From: Candidatus Eremiobacteria bacterium
GTDB taxonomy: Bacteria; Vulcanimicrobiota; Vulcanimicrobiia; Vulcanimicrobiales; Vulcanimicrobiaceae
DNA: 64,000 nucleotides
Direction of reading: 5' to 3'
Assembly (NCBI GenBank): GCA_963758295.1
Contig: CAVWUU010000003.1
Coordinates: 1 to 64,000, forward strand
This document shows, one piece after another, positions 58,251-64,000 of this stretch. The position numbers and the translations under genes were made by a program. Below the pieces are notes generated by a model. The model had not been told where the DNA came from. It saw only the letters and a program-made list of their open reading frames with translations, and made no database searches. Positions within the stretch are counted from its first letter, which is position 1. Each line of letters begins with the position of its first letter.

Positions 58251-59156
58251 GTGCCGATTCTTCCCGCCATGCCGCCCCAGACGCTCGAGTCGAAGGGCGG
58301 TTTCGATTACGTCAACGTCGACGCCGTAAACCGTCGAGTGTACGCCGCTCACGGAGGCGCGAGTTCGCTGCTAATCGTTAATGCCGACACCGGCAAGGTG
58401 CTTGGTGAAGTGAAGGTCGGCGCAATGGCCGGCAACGCCGTCAATCCCGCGAACGGCCACGTCTTCACCGGCGACGGCGACGACAAAGCAATTTCCGAAG
58501 TCGATCCCGTCGCCATGAAAGAAGTGCATCGTATTGCTGTCGACGGTCCGGTGGACGCGCTCATGTTCGATCCGTCCAACGGCCACATCTACGGCGACGA
58601 AGACGACGGCACGCGAATCTTCGTGGTAGACGCGAAAACGTTCAAGCTTATCAAAGCGATCAACATTCCGGGACACAAACCCGAGTATCTGCAGATCGAT
58701 CCCAAAACGCACGAAGTGTACCAGAACATCGCCTCGGATTCAGAAATCGCCGTGATCGATCCGGTGAAGCTCGACGTTACCCGAACGATCAAGACCCCGG
58801 AGCTCACGAACAACCATCCGCTACAACTGGATGCGGCAAGCAACTCGCTCTTCGCTGCCGGCGAAAACGGCAAAATGTCGGTGTATTCGACCGACGGAAA
58901 ACAACTCGCAACGGCGGCGTATCCCGGACGCGTCGATCAATGCGATTACGATCCGCAACATAGCATGCTTGCGTGTTTTGGCGGCGGAATCACGCTGTTT
59001 TCCTACGATGGAACGCACGCGCCGCAGATGTTAGCGCAGCTCGCCGTCTCCAAAGGCATGCATACCGGCGCAATCGATCCGAAGACTGGAAATATTTGGG
59101 CCGTTTGGAGCGATCCGTCGGGCGCGCACGTTCAAGCCTTTACATACCACAAGTAA
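58251..59156 (+). CDS. YncE family beta-propeller protein
   Basis: GFDYVNVD, repeated blades, KPEY, MHTGAIDP. Confidence 0.8.
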   Translation: MPILPAMPPQTLESKGGFDYVNVDAVNRRVYAAHGGASSLLIVNADTGKVLGEVKVGAMAGNAVNPANGHVFTGDGDDKAISEVDPVAMKEVHRIAVDGPVDALMFDPSNGHIYGDEDDGTRIFVVDAKTFKLIKAINIPGHKPEYLQIDPKTHEVYQNIASDSEIAVIDPVKLDVTRTIKTPELTNNHPLQLDAASNSLFAAGENGKMSVYSTDGKQLATAAYPGRVDQCDYDPQHSMLACFGGGITLFSYDGTHAPQMLAQLAVSKGMHTGAIDPKTGNIWAVWSDPSGAHVQAFTYHK

Positions 59157-59182
59157 GTCATGACGCGCGTGGGGTCCGTCGT

Positions 59183-59857
59183 TTGCGAATTCTGATCGTT
59201 GAAGACGATGGTCCCCTGCGCGAGCTCATCCAACGAGGGCTCAGCGAAGAGGGCAACGTCGTGGATGCCTTGCCGGATGGTTCGCAGGCTGAAGCCTACG
59301 TGAGAATGACTCCGTACGACGCCTTGATTCTTGATTTGAATCTGCCCGGGGAAGACGGCCTTTCGATTTTGCAGCGTTTACGTGCCGGCGGCATAACGGT
59401 TCCGGCCCTGGTTCTTACGGCGCGCGATGCGGTGGAAGACGTGATCGCCGGACTGGATGCCGGTGCCGACGATTACCTCCGTAAACCGTTCGCGTTCGGA
59501 GAACTGGAAGCGCGTTTGCGTTCCATTGTTCGCCGGCCGCCGTCTTACACCGATAGCATTTTGCGTGTCGGAGATATCGAGTTCAATTCCGGAACGCGCA
59601 CGGCAATGCGCAACGGGCGTGTGCTGCCGCTGACCGCAAAGGAAAGCGAATTCCTCGAGATCCTCATGCGTAACGCGGGGCAGATCGTCACCCGGCGTGC
59701 GTTAGAAGACCGGTTGTGGGATCGCCAGTCCGAAATAGCATCGAACGTCTTGGACGTCTATGCACGCCGCTTGCGATTAAAGCTGGGCGAAGGCGGCGAA
59801 GCAGCGGTGTTGCAAACCGTGCGCGGTATCGGTTATCGCCTCGAGCCGGCGACGTGA
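59183..59857 (+). CDS. OmpR/PhoB family response regulator
   Basis: ILIVEDD, ILDLNLPG, GADDYLRKPF, TVRGIGY. Confidence 0.95.
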   Translation: MRILIVEDDGPLRELIQRGLSEEGNVVDALPDGSQAEAYVRMTPYDALILDLNLPGEDGLSILQRLRAGGITVPALVLTARDAVEDVIAGLDAGADDYLRKPFAFGELEARLRSIVRRPPSYTDSILRVGDIEFNSGTRTAMRNGRVLPLTAKESEFLEILMRNAGQIVTRRALEDRLWDRQSEIASNVLDVYARRLRLKLGEGGEAAVLQTVRGIGYRLEPAT

Positions 59858-61149
59858 GCATCCGGGCGCGCTTCATCATCGCGGTCGTCGGGACGCTTGC
59901 CGTCGCGCTGGCGCTCTTTGCGGCGCTTTCCATTATCGCCATCGACCGCACGTTACATTCGTCATTGGATTCGAATCTGAACACGACTGCGCGAGCAATT
60001 GCGGCCGCAATCGACGTGCGCCACAACGAGCCGCAGCCGGATGCCGGCGACTTGCAAGAGATCGCGACGCTACGCGCGTCGGCGCGCGCCGCTATCGTCG
60101 ATTCACGGGGGAAGACGCTCGCGGGCGATGCGCCGGTCGATTTTCATTCAGACAAAGATACGCGCATTGCCGTCGCGAGCATCGTACGCCACGGCCAATT
60201 TGCCGGACGAGTCCTCGCCTGGCGATCCGACGAGTGGATCGACCAGATGGACCGCATTGCCATGCTCATTTCGTTTGCCGTTGGAGCGCTGGTGCTCGCG
60301 ACGGGAGCGCTCGTCGCGTATCGCGTTGCCGACACGGTCGTTGCTCCCATCGATCGCGTCGCGTCCCTGATGGAACGGATCGAAGGACGCGATCTTTCGT
60401 TGCGAATCGGCGTCCTCGGCATTGCGGAACTCGCCCGTTTAGCGGCATCTTTCGATCGGATGCTTCACCGGCTGGAATCGGCGTTTACGCGCGAACGGCA
60501 GTTCACAGGCGACGCATCGCACGAACTACGCGCGCCGCTTGCCGTCGTTCGAGCGGAAGCGGAGCTCGCATTGCGCCGGGATCGCACCACGGAAGAGTAC
60601 CGGCGCGCCTTCCAAGGCGTGTTGCATGAAGTCCAACGACTGGAAACGCTCATCGACGATTTGCTCGCGGCTGCTCGGGCGGAAGCCGATGCGGTGGATC
60701 GCCGCCCGGTTGACATTGCCATGCTCGCACAAGACGTTGTGGACCGGTGCCGTGTCGCCGCAGAGGTGAAGCACGTTACGATCGTTTCCGAGGACGCCCA
60801 TGAGGAAGTCCTCGTGGATCCGCTCGGGGTTGAACGCGCGTTGCTTGCGGTAGTGCATAACGCAATCGCGTTCGCTCCGGCGAACGGCACCGTCCGCATT
60901 GGGATCGAGTCCGAAGCAGCGGGTACGTCGGTCGTTGTGCGCGATGATGGTCGCGGTTTTTCGGATGAGGCTCTATCGCAGGCAACGCAGCGCTTCTGGC
61001 GCGCAGACGGTGCCCGTCCTCGCGGAGGCACCGGCCTCGGCCTCGCCATCGCCCGCGCGATTGTCGAAGCGAACGGCGGCGAACTTCGCCTCGGAAACAA
61101 CACCACCGGCGGCGCTTGCGTGTCCTTGCATTTCCCTTCGCCGCCCTGA
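59854..61149 (+). CDS. Sensor histidine kinase (2 TM, HAMP, HisKA, HATPase)
   Basis: FTGDASHELRAPL, NAIAF, DDGRG, GTGLGLAI. Confidence 0.94.
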   Translation: MSIRARFIIAVVGTLAVALALFAALSIIAIDRTLHSSLDSNLNTTARAIAAAIDVRHNEPQPDAGDLQEIATLRASARAAIVDSRGKTLAGDAPVDFHSDKDTRIAVASIVRHGQFAGRVLAWRSDEWIDQMDRIAMLISFAVGALVLATGALVAYRVADTVVAPIDRVASLMERIEGRDLSLRIGVLGIAELARLAASFDRMLHRLESAFTRERQFTGDASHELRAPLAVVRAEAELALRRDRTTEEYRRAFQGVLHEVQRLETLIDDLLAAARAEADAVDRRPVDIAMLAQDVVDRCRVAAEVKHVTIVSEDAHEEVLVDPLGVERALLAVVHNAIAFAPANGTVRIGIESEAAGTSVVVRDDGRGFSDEALSQATQRFWRADGARPRGGTGLGLAIARAIVEANGGELRLGNNTTGGACVSLHFPSPP

Positions 61150-61264
61150 AGAGGCCGAGCGGGTTAGAGTTCATAGTGGCGTCATGCAGGCGTGCGAGAA
61201 TTGACCTCGTGAGCCGCTAGGCGACGGACGAAAGTAGAAAGGGCCGATCCTGCATCTCGAACGC

Positions 61265-64000
61265 GTGCCGCTGCGGCACGAGCGAAGCATAATTTTTCTC
61301 GTGGTCGTGTTGACCGTGCTGGGAGCATGGGCGTACACGGCTATTCCAGCTTCGATTTTCCCGACGATGAGCTTCGCCCGGGTGGACGTGGTTGCCGGTG
61401 CGGGTGATTTACCGCCGGACCGCGTTCGCATTGCGGTCGCCCAGCCGTTGGAGCGCGCATTCACCGGCTTGCCCTCGGTGACGCGCGTTCGCTCGACTTC
61501 CGCGCAAGGCAACGCGGAGCTGATCGTCGAGTTCGATCCGCATACCGACGTTAATACCGATCTTCAGCAAGTTTTCCAGGGCATCTCGAGCGCGCGCGCA
61601 GGGCTTCCGGCCGGCACTAACGTTGATGCCACGATCATCAATCCGAATAGCGAACCGATTCTGTCCTATGCGTTCGTTTCGAGCGAACTCTCCCAAACGG
61701 TTGTCCATGAAATGCTCGCGCAGAATCTCGTGCCGCAATTTTACGGCATCCCGGGCCTCGCGCGGATGCTTGTCGTTGGCGGACCGCAGCGTGAGTATGC
61801 CGTCCAACTCGACGCCGGCGCCTTGTCGACGCGCGGGTTGAGCGCGGCCGACGTAACGAAAGCTTTGGGCGAAGCCAACACCGTGGTATCGCCCGGCATC
61901 GTCAATTCCTATGCCCAGCGGAATATCATTGTCGTCGATTCGCGACTGACGTCGGCGCAGGCCCTAGGCGAAGTCGCGATTCCGCTCGGCGCACATGACT
62001 CGGTGCCGTTGCGCGCGCTCGGAAGCGTCAAGCTGGGCGTGGCGCCGCTTACGGACCAGATGTCGTTCGACGCCAACCACGCCGTTGCGATAAATTTCTT
62101 TGCGCTGCCGGGCGCGGATGCGGTGAAGATGGCCGACGCGGTTGACGCGCGCATGGCGCAATTTGCGCCGCGTCTCCCGGGTGGCATTGCCGTGCACAAG
62201 TATTGGGATCAAACGACGTTAGTGCGCGATTCGCAGAAGAGTCTTCGCGACGCAATCGGCATCGGCGCGGTTCTGGCCATCCTCGTCATCTTACTGTTCT
62301 TGCGCAATTTGCGCATGACGCTCATCGCCGCTCTGATCATCCCGATCGCCGTTGCGACGGTGATCTTCGCGATCGGCCGTTTCGGCCAAACTCTGAATTT
62401 GATGAGCGTCGGCGGCTTGGCGGTTGCCGTGGGTCTGATCATCGACGATGCGATTGTCGTGATAGAAAATGTCGCGCGTCACCTTCACGAGCGCCCGCGC
62501 GCGAGCGGTGAAAGCGCCCGGCAAGCTTCGCGGCGCGTCGTCCCGGAGGCTATGCGTGAGTTGATCGCGCCGATGACCGCCTCGACGATCACGACCGTTG
62601 TCGTGTTCGTTCCACTCGCTTTACTTTCAGGGGTGTCCGGTTTCTTCTTTCGAGCCTTAGCCATTACGCTAGCGGCGTCGCTCGTCGTGTCGTTGTTGCT
62701 GGCGATCTTCGTGACGCCAATCGTCGCTTCGGTCCTGGTTAAACCAGCGGCCGAGCCCCATGACAACGGCGGATTTACCGGCGCCATTCTCGCGCGGTAC
62801 GAGCCATTGTTGAGATGGGCATTGGCGCATCGCACGGCCGTTTACGTTGCATCCGCGGTCGTGCTTGTCGTTACGGTGTTGCTTCTCACGCATCTTCCAA
62901 GCGATTTTTTGCCTTCACTGGACGAAGGTCAATTCGAAATCGGCTATCGGATGCCGGTCGGCACGACGCTTGAAGAGAGCGACGCTGCCGGGACGCAATT
63001 GGAAAAAGTGGCGCTTTCCGACCCCGCCGTCGCGTCGGTTGGGCGCTTTACCGGGATCGACACCAACGGCTTCTCGCCGACGCCGCCGCGTACGGGGACC
63101 ATTCGCGTAACGCTCAAGCCTAAGAACCAGCGCGCCGGTTACGACGACGTAAGCGGTCGTATGCGTGACACCATGCAGGGCGCGGTTCCCGCTGCTGAGC
63201 TGGACTTCCATCAAATTTTGGAAGATATGATCAACGACATGTCCGGCGCACCTTCGCCGATCGAGCTTACGTTGAACGGGCCGGACCAATCGACGCTAAT
63301 CGCTTCGGCCAAAGACGTCGCCGATCGCCTTGGCAGACTGCAAGGCGTGACCGACGTATATTCCGGTGTGAACTATGACGATCCCGCGATACGAATTGCC
63401 CCGAACGGCTCGCGCCTCGCAGCGCTTGGAATGGGCGTTACCGACATTGCCGATGCGCTCGGAGCGGCGACGCTCGGAAACGTGGCAACGCAGGTCTCGG
63501 GTGGAACGCAGCTCGTTCCCGTTCGTGTGGTCGTGGGCGATGCATCCGCGCCGCTCGACCGGCGGCTTCTGCCGACGGGCGCCGGCGCAATGCCTCTAAA
63601 TTCGCTTGCGAGCACGTCGAACGATCGCGCGTCGTCCGACATTGTCGAGCAGAATGGCGCGCGAATCGACATCGTAACCGCAAACTATAGCGGGAAGAGT
63701 CTTTCCGCCGTCATCGACGAGATCCGTGGAGCGATGAACAGGCGCCACTGCCGCCCGGGTATACGTGGTCGATCGGCGGCCAGTACGAGGCGCAACAATC
63801 GTCGTTTCGTGAATTTGCAACGGTGATCGGCATCGCGATCGCTCTCGTGTTCTTTGTGATGGTTGCGACGTTCCGGTCGTACCGGCTGCCGCTGGTAATT
63901 CTTACGGCCATTCCGCTTGCGCTGATCGGGGTCGCGCTCGGACTGGTCCTGACACGGACGCCGTTTAACGTTTCGTCCTTCATGGGCTTGCTGTTGCTTG
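61265..64000 (+). CDS. RND efflux permease (AcrB/CzcA family), one indel near 63741, 3'-truncated by window
   Basis: LNLMSVGGLAVAVGLIIDDAIVVIEN, FLPSLDEG; continues in another frame as PLPPGYTWSIGGQYE...IPLALIG. Confidence 0.92.

Overview
GC-rich, very compactly packed bacterial chromosomal segment. The gene repertoire and style (diderm outer-membrane barrels, Hfq, GerMN-amidase-MurI, actinobacterial-type TrkA pair, many leaderless-looking starts) suggest a Terrabacteria lineage such as Ca. Eremiobacterota/Vulcanimicrobiota; this is inference only. Contents in order: the tail of a LeuA-family synthase; a TPR + tandem M55 (DppA) peptidase operon; SprT; fumC followed by three tandem palindromic repeats; a flavin disulfide reductase; an arsenic operon (arsR, arsI, arsN1-like, aquaporin fused to ArsC); tauE, efp, plsY, der; a miaB-mutS-VOC-mutL-miaA-hfq-dapF-radical SAM-CPA1 run; and a large potassium locus. 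That locus holds two outer-membrane barrels, two small Kdp peptides, kdpABC, a soluble protein with TWO KdpD sensor modules, a divergent TM-GAF-HisKA kinase with a NarL-type regulator, and two TrkA proteins. Then come tRNA-Pro(CGG), ClpN, DedA, an S53 peptidase, an indel-riddled helicase/uvrC/MCP stretch, a one-piece tmRNA with an alphaproteobacterial-type GGCAGUA T-loop, small accessory genes with an ECF sigma pseudogene, two secreted low-complexity N/G/Y-repeat proteins, a TPR-ATP-grasp protein, a cell-wall cluster, and a YncE-TCS-RND locus cut by the window end. The best candidate for an undescribed system is the split and duplicated KdpD signalling module. No CRISPR array, transposase or integrase was seen.
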